Counted from the first letter of the stretch, positions 40,860 through 53,397 are shown. The stretch is 64,000 nucleotides of DNA from Octopus sinensis (GCF_006345805.1 NC_042997.1:46624001-46688000), one strand, 5' to 3'. A program made the numbers and translations. The notes: generated from the sequence alone by a model not told the origin.

Positions 40860-41700
40860 GCAAGTCACAAAAAAGAACAACTCTGTATGTATCTATAGAA
40901 TAAAAGAAGGAAAATGCACAAAGTTTGCATATTTTTTAGATACAATTTTATAAGTGAACGAGAATTGTGTTTCTCGACCGGTATCGCTTTCGCTAATCAT
41001 GACATTGAGATTATTTGCAATTTCGTATTTTCTTAAGAAGATTTAACTCCATGTTGTTGTATGGAAGTTTGCCAGTGGACAAGTGGAAAAATCTAAGTGG
41101 AAGTAATTGGTGTTCGGTATTATTCGGGAGAGGAGAGATAATTGCTCATTTTTTTAGGTAGGGGAGGATAAATTAATATGCAAAATTCAAAAGCTAAAGT
41201 AGGGAGTTGAAATATATACAGTGATGGGTATGTGATCATGAATTAAAATATATATTGAGACCACAGTTGGTTATGCGTTCATATTTAGGCATGTTCTGTA
41301 CTTTTCGATAAATGTATTTTCTATATAACTATATATAACTATATAACTAAATTGCACAGGCGGCTATGGCACTTAGACGGAGAATCACACTACATAACGA
41401 ACAGATCCACTTCCCATAGTACCGGCAGATAACTTTGAGTGAACACATAGAGAGACGTGTAGGTAATATCCAACCAAACTTCACTGTTTTCCCCATCTAG
41501 CAGTGCAAAGAAACAATTTCCGTACAAGATCGTTTAAATAAAGAAAATTTATTTATCGAAAAATACAGACCATGCCTAAATATGAACGCGTAACTAACAT
41601 TGGTCTCAATATATATTTTAATTCATGATCACATGCCAATCACTGTACATATTTCATCGCACTACTTTAGCCTTTGAGTTTTTGTATATATATTTATACC
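40860..41700. mobile_element. PLE remnant with inverted pLTR, same family as 4300-5207
   Basis: Inverted repeat 41209-41321/41543-41655. 41400-41600(+) is homologous to the GIY-YIG tail at 4900-5100. HHR-like motif at 40973-41003(-): GTC|ATGATTA|GC-GAAA-GC|GATA|CCGGT|C|GAG. Confidence 0.78.
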
Positions 41701-41989
41701 TCCCCCCCCAAAAAAAAAACAAAGATGAGCAGCTACCTCTGCTGTCCTGGATACTACCGATCACCAGTAACCTCGCTTTAGTTTTTCTACTTGTTGGTTC
41801 ATTCACAAACTTCCTTACAACAACATGGACTCAAAACTTAAGAAAATACGCAATTACAATAATTTCAATGTCAGTATCAGCGAAAACGAAATTGATCGAC
41901 AAACACAATCATCTTTCACTTATGAAATATATTAAAAAATATATATTAAAACGATGTAAATTGTGTGTGTTTTCCTTCCTCTATATACT

Positions 41990-42430
41990 CCTTTAGTCTT
42001 TTACTTGCTTCAGTCATTTTTCTGTGGCCATGCTGTAGCACCGCCTTTAGTCATGAAAATCGACCCCAGGAGTTATTCTTTTGTAAGCCTAGTACTTATT
42101 CTATCGTTCTCTTTTGTCGAACCGCTAAGATGCGGGGACATAAACACACCAGCATTGTCAAGCAATGTTGAGGGGACAAACAAGGACACACAAACATATA
42201 CACACACATACACGTATATATATATATATGTATGTATATATATATATATATGTATATGTATATATATATATACATATATACGACGGGCTTCTTTCAGTTT
42301 CTGTCTACCAAATCCACTCACAAGGCGTCGGTCGGCCCAAGGCTATAGTTAAAAACACTTGCTCAAGGTGACACGCAGTGGGACTGAACCCGGAACCATG
42401 TGGTTGTTAAGCAAATTACTTACCACACAG
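41990..42430 (-). mobile_element. tRNA-derived SINE, near full length
   Basis: Same family as 1027-1421. Confidence 0.9.
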
Positions 42431-43766
42431 CGAACCACTTGGGAATAATCGGAATTCTCCTCTTCCCTTTTCTTACTACGTGTATATACAAGTGCATATT
42501 ATATATATATGTATATATATTAAGAGAGACCGAGAGCTGTGCATTCACACACACACATATGAAATATGATTTAATGTATATTTCTGTATGTGCGTGTGAA
42601 CAGCGTAGGAAAACTGCACTCTGTACACGATGCCAATCTTAAAGAGCTTATATTTAATGGACAATAATCAGTGGATCTGTTCATATGCACAAGAAGTGTG
42701 TCCGCGTGATATTACTGATTATATCATAAATGAATATAAAGATTGAGAACAAGTGACATATACCTGCGCGGAAATTATAAGCTGATCACGTGATCAAATT
42801 TGGAGGCATTCGTTCTTATAATATTGAGGTATATCACTTGGCGTGCACGGTACATTTCTCTTCAAGATCACAGGAACAGCTTCATCCCCAATTCAAAATG
42901 TAGGTAAATTAACTCTTCAAAATGAAGTGTTAAGAATTAGTTATTGTATTTTCAATGGTATCAAACTCCAGCTTAGGACAACCACAAGACTAGAACAGTG
43001 AACCTTCATTACCGCTGCCATCAAGAGCTTTACCCAATTCGACATTACGTAACATTTTATCAACGCCATATGAAAATCTCTAACCAAAAATGACCCGATT
43101 TCGTGAGGGAATTCATCATGAGACTACAAATTCATAATAAACGCTTAAACATCGTTAGAAAAAGAATGAGATATTTTAGTTCATAATTTCCATGAGAAGA
43201 TGAAACTTGCTGCCTTATACCAGTAAGAAGGCTATTTACCATACATCATGTTGAAACTAGTATGAGGGAGAAACTTTGATTCAATCCAATAAATGACCTA
43301 GAAGCAAAAAAAAAAAAAAGAAATTCTTAACTTTAATATCACATCGTTTCCCGCCCATGCACAAATACCATATTCATATGATTTTAACATCAAAGCCAGT
43401 TATTTCTATAAGCACAACATTGTAATTGGAATCAAATAGTGCATCACACTCAGCAACATACACATAAATGTGTGTAGGTATGTGTATAACATACATGAAC
43501 ACATACATCTATACATTCGGATATTATAGGCTCCGCCTTGAAGTATTTTCCTTACACAGACCATTCCTAGTGCTTACATATTAAGTGTGGTACTTATTCT
43601 GTCAGTTTTCGTTTTTGCCGAACTCCTAAGTTACAAACCATCATTAGTTGTCAAGAAACAAATACAGGCTCAAAGACACACACTTAACAATTTCTCTCAG
43701 CAGAAATCAGTCGGTCTGGGGTTAAAGGAGAATATACTTGTCCAAGGTGCCTATAAGCCATGCATA

Positions 43767-43832
<66 letters not shown>

Positions 43833-44578
43833 ATTGGTGAATTGAAGAAATGGAGCTGAACGCAGATTGAACAGAAATCGTTTTATTTCATTCTACACGT
43901 GTTTCGAAAGGCACAAATTACCAAAATCCGATTGAATAATGGGACCATATTGTGTCTTTCTCTTCAGGAAGAAAAAAGGAAATCCGTTGGAAAACAAAAA
44001 CAGAACAGAGGCGGAGCAAAAAACAAATCGAACTGTGCTCCTAAGAGCCCATGGCGAAACTGTTTATCAGTGTATGTTGAGAACCGGTGGCTGAAGAATT
44101 CAACGGGTCAGGCATCGGTCAATCATGTGGGTGAGGGTGTATAGATGTTCTTTGTGACCGAGAATAAAGTTCTGACTATTTAAAGAATATTGGATGTTTT
44201 ATAAGGGGCGAGAAAAAATCTACTTAGAGACGTGTGTGTGTGTATACTGTTCTATATATGTGTGTGTTGGCGTAGGGGTAGAAAACATTTTTTGTGTACG
44301 TGTGTGCGTTTGATCGTTCGGCTGTCAGTGGCTACTGCCGTGATAACCGTTGGGTGGCAGAAAGAAAAAAATTAAAAAATTATATATATATATTATGTTT
44401 TATGTGTGTGTGTGTTCATCTAAGCCTGCCTTGTCAAGGAAACCCCCCGCTGTGAAAAAACCAAGCCCCGTTTGTCTTACAGGAGTAATTCCCCTTGCAG
44501 TGGTTAATCGTAGATATCTTAAAGGCTATTTCAGAATTTGTTACCAAGGGCTATGGGTGCCGGTATTATTTATAAACG

Positions 44579-45208
44579 CTATTTAAAGGCCAGATAAGTG
44601 TAACGCCGCCAATGGGGGCATCGAAAAGCCGACTGTAAGAGCCCGTTTACCATCCGGTCTCTGGCAAACAAAATATGGAAGAGTTCGGAGACACAAAGGT
44701 TGCACTGTCTTCTTCCCCTATCAAATGGGAGGGCCACCGACAAAATTGACCATTCCAGCCTATAGCTTAAGTTCGCATCCTTCAGTCGCCATATTAGCTT
44801 ACTGAGTCCCGTGGTCTGGCGCTTGTTCACGTCCCGAAAAGTTGCGTAATGGTTGGAGACACGCAAAGACAATCTTGAGGATGATGCCCCTACATAAGTG
44901 AAGGCATCTGAGTCCGTGTAAACCTTGCATTGGTAGACGGCGTTTTTGATCTTGGAGTTCGCCGACGTGAATCTTAATCTGCTAGGATTGGTTTCTGAAA
45001 TTAGAACTGCGTTCCTGTCACTATATTCGTTCCGAGACCTGCAGCCGCTTACTACTCTATTTTCCACTACGTCACTATTAACTATAGGAATAACCCCTGA
45101 TTCTCCACTATCTATCAGAGTGCTGTCATTGCTACTGCCCGTGGTACTGCTATTGCGGGAAATGATGCTGGGGATGCTAATGGGGCTCTCTACGATTAAC
45201 CACTGCAA
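44579..45208 (-). CDS. Uninterrupted GIY-YIG endonuclease segment in the inverted partial PLE copy (5'-truncated, probably not independently expressed)
   Basis: NAVYQCKVY...TYVGASSSRLSLRVSNHYATF...GLSKLIWRLK...WSIL...CNLCVSELFHILF. Reverse complement of ~48145-48750. Confidence 0.8.
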   Translation of the reverse strand: MQWLIVESPISIPSIISRNSSTTGSSNDSTLIDSGESGVIPIVNSDVVENRVVSGCRSRNEYSDRNAVLISETNPSRLRFTSANSKIKNAVYQCKVYTDSDAFTYVGASSSRLSLRVSNHYATFRDVNKRQTTGLSKLIWRLKDANLSYRLEWSILSVALPFDRGRRQCNLCVSELFHILFARDRMVNGLLQSAFRCPHWRRYTYLAFK

Positions 45209-45729
45209 GGGGAATTACTCCTGTAAGACAAACGGGGCTTGATTTTTTCACAGCGGGGGGTTTCCTTGACAAGGCAGGCTTAGATGAACACACACACACA
45301 TAAAACATAATATATATATATAATTTTTTAATTTTTTTCTTTCTGCCACCCAACGGTTATCACGGCAGTAGCCACTGACAGCCGAACGATCAAACGCACA
45401 CACGTACACAAAAAATGTTTTCTACCCCTACGCCAACACACACATATATAGAACAGTATACACACACACACGTCTCTAAGTAGATTTTTTCTCGCCCCTT
45501 ATAAAACATCCAATATTCTTTAAATAGTCAGAACTTTATTCTCGGTCACAAAGAACATCTATACACCCTCACCCACATGATTGACCGATGCCTGACCCGT
45601 TGAATTCTTCAGCCACCGGTTCTCAACATACACTGATAAACAGTTTCGCCATGGGCTCTTAGGAGCACAGTTCGATTTGTTTTTTGCTCCGCCTCTGTTC
45701 TGTTTTTGTTTTTCCAACGGATTTCCTTT

Positions 45730-45818
45730 TTTCTTCCTGAAGAGAAAGACACAATATGGTCCCATTATTCAATCGGATTTTGGTAATTTGTGCCTTTCGA
45801 AACACGTGTAGAATGAAA
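45730..45818 (+). ncRNA. Type-I hammerhead ribozyme in the 5' pLTR (antisense copy at 43886-43974)
   Basis: TTTCTTC | CTGAAGA (45737-43) | GAAAGACACAA...TTGTGCCTTTC (10 of 11 pairs) | GAAA | CACGTGT | A | GAATGAAA. Stem III is the palindrome ACACGTGT and the triplet is GUA. Confidence 0.85.
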
Positions 45819-46067
45819 TAAAACGATTTCTGTTCAATCTGCGTTCAGCTCCATTTCTTCAATTCACCAATAATGTTTTAATTTCAATTATCCGCACCAA
45901 CGCACGGTTGCAACGCCAGATGGTTGTACCTCCAACCGTGCTGTTTACAGCTGTGATTTTTGCTACTAAGGTATCGGTTAAACTTTTGATTAATCTACTA
46001 CAAGATTATTCATCTTTCTATTTCACATAATACATACCGCTTCGTCAAGAAACTGCTACTTTAACCG

Positions 46068-48750
46068 ATGCCAATAATGGAGTTGTTCGAGATTGATGCG
46101 TCCCTTAAGGATATTCCTATACCACCAAAGGATGCCTTCCTTAAGGAGTTGGTTTGTAAAACCAACGCATTCATAAACCGGATAAGATGGCTCATTTTCT
46201 TCCACGAGAACGAAGATCTAAAATCGAACCGGACAACAGCATCGTCCGAATACGGCCGGCTTTTTAAAACATTGGATACGCCGCCACCGAACCAAGACTG
46301 AAGAAGTTTGAGGACGACTTGTGGGGACATAGTTAGAAAGATTAAGTTCAGGAAGTCACCCAGGAGAAATGCCCACCTCAGATACCTAGATAAAATTACC
46401 AAGGACATTAATAGACGGACGGAGTCCTGGTCCAGTCCGACAAGACCAGGAACACATACAAGATGCCCATTAAGCAGTACCTAGATTTACTCGGTAAAGA
46501 GATCAAGAAAAATTATAGAAAAACCAATTGGAGTACCCTGAGGAAGGTAAACTTGGAAATTAAGGATATAATATTTAAACACCGAATTCAAATGAGAACT
46601 CAGCCGCTTAGCCCCAAGCAACCCATTTATAGTGAAGGACCATAAACCTAACTTCCACACCAACCCAGCGCTAAGACTCATATGCCCTGCTAGATCTGAT
46701 ATCGGGATAATCAGTAAGTACATTTTAGATAAATATATCCCTAGTTTAGTAAACAAGCTGAAGCTCAGCCTCTGGGCCAACTCCTCTCGCAGGTAGTGAA
46801 GTGGTTCTCTTCCATCCCCAATAAGAACCGTACTAGGTTCATTCAGTTTGATATCGCCAGCTTCTACCCCTCGATTAACCCTAGTGTGCTAAATAAGGCC
46901 CTCTGGCATGCTCACAACAAGGCTGGCCTCACCAGAGAAGAGATAGATATCATTTTAGTTGCCAGGAAATCGTTTATTAAGTTTGATAATAAGTTGTGGA
47001 TCCGTAAAGATACTCCCAATGAATTTGATGTGCCTATGGTAGTTCGGATAGTGCGCAGATAGCCGATTGGTCGGAATATATATTCTCTACGAATTGTCCG
47101 ATCAATTCCCGGAGATCGCGGGCGGCCTGTATCGTGACGATTGTCTGTTTTACCTGCAAAACACCACGAACAGAATAGTGCAGAAAACTAAGAGCAGGTT
47201 AGCTAGGTTTTTAATAGAATGGGCATGAGTATAGTTTTTTGATAATGAACTCACCAAGGCTAATTTCCTAGACGTTACACTTAACCTTAATAGCGACTCA
47301 TACTGCCCTTACCATAAGCCTTCCACTAATTTGAAGTATGTCAGTGTCTTCTCAAATCATGCCAAAACCGTAACAGACAATTTGGTTAAAAACATCTCTC
47401 TAAGATTGTCTGGCTTGTCCGCCAGTGCCGATATTTTTATGCAGAAAGCGGAATTTTATAACGCCGCCGCACTATCCAAGGCCGGTTATAGGCAGAAGGT
47501 AATTTATATTGATCCGGCCCTTCCGATGCCATCATTCGGTCATCAGATAGGGCCGTATATAATAACATTAACATTTAAGTAAGGACGGGAGCGCGGCGGA
47601 TGCCGGGGTAGTCGCTCCCGCATTTAATTTAGCGAACAAGGATATTATCGGTCCGGGAGGTCTTACACTAACCCAAGACCCTTTATTCATCCGAGAATCA
47701 CCCACCCGAATGCGAGAGCTGGCGTCCCGACCCATCACACTGATAGGAATAAGCATATATGGTTTGTAATCCCCTTGGTAAGCAGATTAGAACTAACCTC
47801 CCCCTCATGTTTAGACAAGCCATCGCCAATAACTTCCCCAGAAATTCCAATATTACTCCACGGTTAACTCACATAAAGTTAGGATAGCTTTCTCCAACAC
47901 TAAAACCTCGCCCAGATAATCGCCTCCCATAATAATAGGCTACTTACTAAGACCCTATCACCTTTCTCCGGAGGCACAGCCTCTTCCGCTCCCGGTTTAA
48001 TGCTCAGTAGGAATAATTATAGTAGTAATAATGATATGAGAGCCAGTACAGTGACACATAATCTCAGCTCCAGCCAGGGAGTACCCACTAGGGGTATAGT
48101 TATAAATAGGGGTGTTTGTGGTTGACGGTAACAATGGGAGTAGGGTAGAGAGCCCCATTAGCCTCCCAGCATCATTTCCCGCAATAGCAGTACCGGGCAG
48201 TAGCAATGACAGCACTCTGATAGATAGTGGAGAATCAGGGGTTATTCCTATAGTTAATAGTGACGTAGTGGAAAATAGAGTAGTAAGCGGCTGCAGTCTC
48301 GGAACGAATATAGTGACAGGAACGCAGTTCTAATTTCAGAAACCAATCCTAGCAGATTAAGATTCACGTCGGCGAACTCCAAGATCAAAAACGCCGTCTA
48401 CCAATGCAAGGTTTACACGGACTCAGATGCCTTCACTTTGTAGGGGCATCATCCTCAAGATTGTCTTTGCGTGTCTCCACCATTACGCAACTTTTCGGGA
48501 CGTGAACAAGCGCCAGACCACGGGACTCAGTAAGCTAATATGGCGACTGAAGGATGCGAACTTAAGCTATAGGCTGGAATGGTCAATTTTGTCGGTGGCC
48601 CTCCCATTTGATAGGGGCAGAAGACAGTGCAACCTTTGTGTCTCCGAACTCTTCCATATTTTGTTTGCCAGAGGCCGGATGGTAAACGGGCTCTTACAGT
48701 CGGCTTTTCGATGCCCCCATTGGCGGCGTTACACTTATCTGGCCTTTAAA
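46068..48750 (+). pseudogene. PLE RT-thumb-GIY-YIG ORF broken by many single-base indels
   Basis: SLKDIPIP, DKTRNTYKM, KDHKPNF, RLICPARSDIGIISK, FIQFDIASFYPSI, FDVPMGS, LYRDDC, FLDVTL and IWFNP-like motifs in successive frames, then GIY-YIG. Confidence 0.9.
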
Positions 48751-49079
48751 TAGCGTTTATAAATAATACCGGCACCCATAGCCCTTGGTAACAAATTCTG
48801 AAATAGCCTTTAAGATATCTACGATTAACCACTGCAAGGGGAATTACTCCTGTAAGACAATCTGCGTTCAGCTCCATTTCTTCAATTCACCAATAATGTT
48901 TTAATTTCAATTATCCGCACCAACGCACGGTTGCAACGCCAGATGGTTGTACCTCCAACCGTGCTGTTTACTGCTGTGATTTTTGCTACTAAGGTATCGG
49001 TTAAACTTTTGATTAATCTACTACAAGATTATTCATCTTTCTATTTCACATAAAATTATATATATATATATATATATAA

Positions 49080-49290
49080 CGGGAAGCTTTATGAAAATAG
49101 ACAAAAGACGAAGGCAGGTGGAAAACAAACGAACAATTGTATTAGTATAGCGCTCAGGATATATAAATAAAACAAGTCTTTAACGTTTCGAGCCTACGCT
49201 CTTCAACAGAAAGATACACAGAGAGAAAAAAAACACAGAAAGAAGGAGAGAAAAAAATGCGTGCAGTAGCTAACGAATCAACATGGCGAT
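49080..49290 (-). mobile_element. PLE-type terminal repeat, A6U HHR family
   Basis: Motif at 49176-49213(-): CTTT|CTGTTGA A|GAGC-GTAG-GCTC|GAAA|CGT|T|AAAG. Confidence 0.7.
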
Positions 49291-49528
49291 ATATATACTC
49301 TTACATTATAAAAGAGTAATTCCGTTACTAGTCACTGTTATGAGATCAGTGACACAAGTACGAGAGATATTATTTTCGAAATAGTTTCGTTACAACTTTA
49401 TATCTTCGATCTTTTATCATATTTCTCTTGATATTTCCTTACATTTATATATTTTGTTTCTCCTTCATTGATACATCATTTAGAGTGCTATTTTTGACAT
49501 TTTCTCTCCCTCATCTCTTTTATCTTCC

Positions 49529-49925
49529 ATAATATTTTTCGCTATATTTCCCACTTCATTACTTTTAAATTCTACTTCACACGTGTTATTGAAGAAAGAT
49601 ATTTAAACCTTTGAGCTTTATGTTTTTTTTATCACACCTTATCCTTTCATGGATAAATAGAATGTTAATATGATTATTGCGTTTAACATTTAATTGCAGC
49701 TTTTTTAACGACTATATACATTTAAGCTTGCATTTATAAAACCCCATGACCTTTAATTTACAAATTAAATGATTTTAAATCAAAATTTATGAGAATTTAG
49801 GCACTCTATTTCGATGGAAAAGGATATTTGTGGTGCAAAATTAACAAAAGATTGCATAATGAATTACTTGCGGAAATATCTACAACTAACCGGATGGATG
49901 GAACCCCAGTTCTTTCACAAAAATA
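49529..49925 (+). repeat. ~396-bp direct repeat, copy 2
   Basis: Near-identical to 40248-40643. Confidence 0.95.
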
Positions 49926-50779
49926 CCGAAAGTGGCCCTTTCCCCTTTCCTGCTTTTATGTAACAGGCAGTTCTACATCTATCAACGCGTAGTAGGCTAC
50001 AAATCTAAATGTACGAACCTGTTGTTGGTCATGGCTAGCATCGTCACATTATCTTCTGTGTCTAAAAAGTTGGTTTGTATCATGAGATTAAGTATTTCTC
50101 TAAGAATACAGCGAACCCACCTCCCGATTCTGGTCGAGTTGTAGATGTGTACCACTGATTGCCACCTCTTGCCTGGGAAGTTCTACTCTCGCTGTTGGCC
50201 ACCAGATCTATATCTATTGATCTGATTACGCAGGGGAGTTCAACCTGCTCACAAGCCGAACGCTAACCGTGAACTTTTACACTGACGATCTGAGCGAGTG
50301 CTACTCGATTTTAGGTAGATTTGCGTTACATCTCTGAGGCAATGCGAGAGGTGAGAATGCAGAATAGACTTTAATGACTACCATGACTCTTAGTAACTGA
50401 GAGGGAGTGTTGTGAACCGCAGATAACAGCCACAGAAATACCGAGAGAAATATCTAACTGCATGAGGGCCAAGTGTACTGGTTTTGATGATCTACATCAT
50501 GGGTTTTACATTTACATTCAAGACAAATTCGACAAGCACTTGTTAGACATCTACAGCGACCAGTATCAGAAATGGGGCATTTATGTTTTGTATGTCAAGA
50601 AGCGATGGGGCAACTGATAAGAAAACCGATGAAAGGGGACCGTATACATATTTTTTTCGGCATATAACCCCGCCAAGTTACAAGTACGTAAACAACTGCC
50701 GTCAAACGCCGAGGGGGGACAAATACAAAAACACATACGCATAAAGACATACACACACATACATACGTATAAGCATATA

Positions 50780-51000
50780 TATTATATGGTCAGTCGCCAT
50801 GATAGATCGTTAGCCACTACACACACTTGTTTCTCTCCTTGTTTCTCGCCTTGTTTTTTCTGTGTCCCTTTCTTTAGAAGAGCGTAGGCTCGAAACGAAA
50901 AATACTTTTTTCTATTCCTGAGCGTTATACTAATACATCTATTTGTTTTGTACACCACCTGTCTTCGTATTTAGCTTTTTCGTAAACTCTCCCCCTCTTT
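50780..51000 (+). mobile_element. PLE-type terminal repeat, A6U family, decayed core
   Basis: CTTT CTTTAGA A GAGC-GTAG-GCTC GAAACG at 50868-50905. Confidence 0.65.
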
Positions 51001-53242
51001 CTCTCTCTCTCTCTCTCTCTATAATATATATATATATATATATGTGAGTGTGTGTATGCATATATACTAAGGGATTCCACATAGTTTCCATATAAATATA
51101 CATATGTATGTGTGTCTATATATATTCATGCATATATGTATGTATGCATGCGTTCATGCATGTATGTATGCATGTATGTATGTATTTTAAAACGAACTGT
51201 TTGCTGATTCGTTCTGGTATCTGCCAAATGAAAACGAATTCAGATACGGACGGTGAACAGCGTAAATCAAAACGGCGACGTACATATCTATTCTTAATAT
51301 GTATCAGTGAATTCGAAGAGGAATACGATGATGACTGTTTTGCTCGTCACAAGAAAACAATTTTCTTTCATGAGGAAAGTGTGAGGACTATGGGAGACTT
51401 TGCCCTCGATTTTGTTGTGCCTTTGGCTGAAGAGAAACAACGATGTCGAAATACCAGATCTGGCAACGTCGCTTGATCCAGTGAATCGAATGTGATATGA
51501 TTACAAATTGCTCAACTATATATATATATGTGTGTGTGTGTGTACGTGTGTGTGCATGTGTGTGTGTTTACATGTGTATGCATGTATGTGTGTATATATA
51601 TACATATATATATATATAATATATATATATTATATATATATATATTATATATATATATATATATACATATATATATGCATACATACATATACATACGTAT
51701 ATAGAGACATATGTGTGTTTGAAGAGTTCCTACAAGTGTCTGTATCGTTGTGTATATACAAATCTATGTGTGTATCTATACATATATACACACATACATG
51801 TATCTATGAATATTAATAATTTGAATAAGACCAATGTGTGATTTATTGATTAATCTATAATCAGAATAATGCCCATGTGTGTCATAAACATACAGTCAAT
51901 TATTTATTCTGTAAAAGTGTACGTCACGGTTAAGTTACACGACTTTTGACAGCTTGGTATGAGAGAAGTGATTAGTTTCGTATTTCATTAAAGGTACAAC
52001 GAGGATTTCTTAGGCCTGTCTTCCAAACGATTGAAATTAAGTAGCATGCAAGAAGTACTTGTATAATTACTACCACGCCACTTACATTCGGCAAACTTAA
52101 GCGATCCTTATGAGTTTTTAATGAATACTGAAATTAGTTGATCTTGTATTCAATTTGCTCACAGCTATTATATTTAAATATGCCGTCTACTTTTATGGCG
52201 TCAATATTTCTTCATCAAACATATCTATATGTTTCATTTTACACTTTCAGTGGTATGTATTTTGTTTGGGTGTGGTAGTATACCAATAGCAAATACTAAA
52301 ATCGTATGATGATTATTAGAGTAATAACTCCCCTTGGATACATCGAAATGTATTGTAACACACTGTTTCGCATTAGGAGTCTAGCAAGACAATTACAAAA
52401 GCGAAATATTGTTATGTTTACATGCGTTCATGAACATATCACATTTGTCAGTTTCTTTCCACGCTCCTTCCAACTAATTGCTACACATCATCCCTAATAC
52501 ATCACGGCCCCATTATTCAAACTTCCTTCTAAATTTAAATACAGACCATTTGTTACTGAAGGAAAATAAGGCTAAACAATTCGATGGAGCTACTTCAATT
52601 ATTTTGCGAGTTTACTCGGAATCGATAGAAGAATGTTAACCAATGAGAATGCGATAAAATCACATTTAACAAGCATACTCCATAATATATTATAATATGT
52701 ATGTCTATATGTATATGTAAATGTATGTATATATGTATACACACATACACACGCACATACACATAGATGGCTAGATATACAGACACACACACACGCATAT
52801 ATATATATACATACATATATACATACACACACACATATATATACATACATACATATATATATATATGCGTGTATGTATATGTATATGAATTTTTTGCTTA
52901 ATGAGATAAAAAAACAAGGCTGTATAGATATTAGAGCATTTATGGATAGAAGGTCTTACTGCTGTTTCTAGAATATTAATTAATAATATCCCTTCATCAA
53001 AGACGGTGTGAGAGGAAAAATTAAGTCATAGTTAGTTTCGATGTGAAACAAATAGAGAGTGAAGTGGTGGAAAGAAAATAGATGTAAGATATGTATGGTT
53101 ATTGAGTTCATAAGTCCGTTTTATAGCCATGATGGTATATGTGTGTAATATTCCAATATCCTTTGAGTAAAGTCCAGAAGTTCAACAGAGTTTAATATGA
53201 GTCCATCCAGATATAATGTTTATAAGCAATGTAAGATTCTCT

Positions 53243-53290
<48 letters not shown>

Positions 53291-53353
53291 TGTATGTATA
53301 TGTAAATGTATGTATATATATATATATGTGTATGTATGTATGTATGTAGTATG

Positions 53354-53397
<44 letters not shown>

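Larger units (their letters stand above)
43824..49053 (+). mobile_element. Penelope-like element (Naiad-type) with inverted 5' partial copy, 5' pLTR, RT-GIY-YIG ORF and deleted 3' pLTR
   Basis: Inverted arms 43824-44514/45189-45880. Direct repeats 45189-45231=48818-48860 and 45838-46030=48861-49053. (TA)n at both ends. The Naiad assignment rests on recalled clade motifs. Confidence 0.88.

Noticed and set aside
44030-44075. Second hammerhead-like motif CCTAAGA GCC-CAT-GGC GAAACTGT in the pLTR
   Set aside because: It lacks G5, has no convincing stem I and is antisense to the element.
46290-46310. In-frame TGA in the Naiad-type ORF as possible selenocysteine (some Naiad PLEs are reported to encode Sec)
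   Set aside because: The TGA arises from a 1-nt deletion. The shifted frame restores LKKFEDDLW. The intact GIY-YIG copy has no in-frame TGA, and I could not identify a SECIS.
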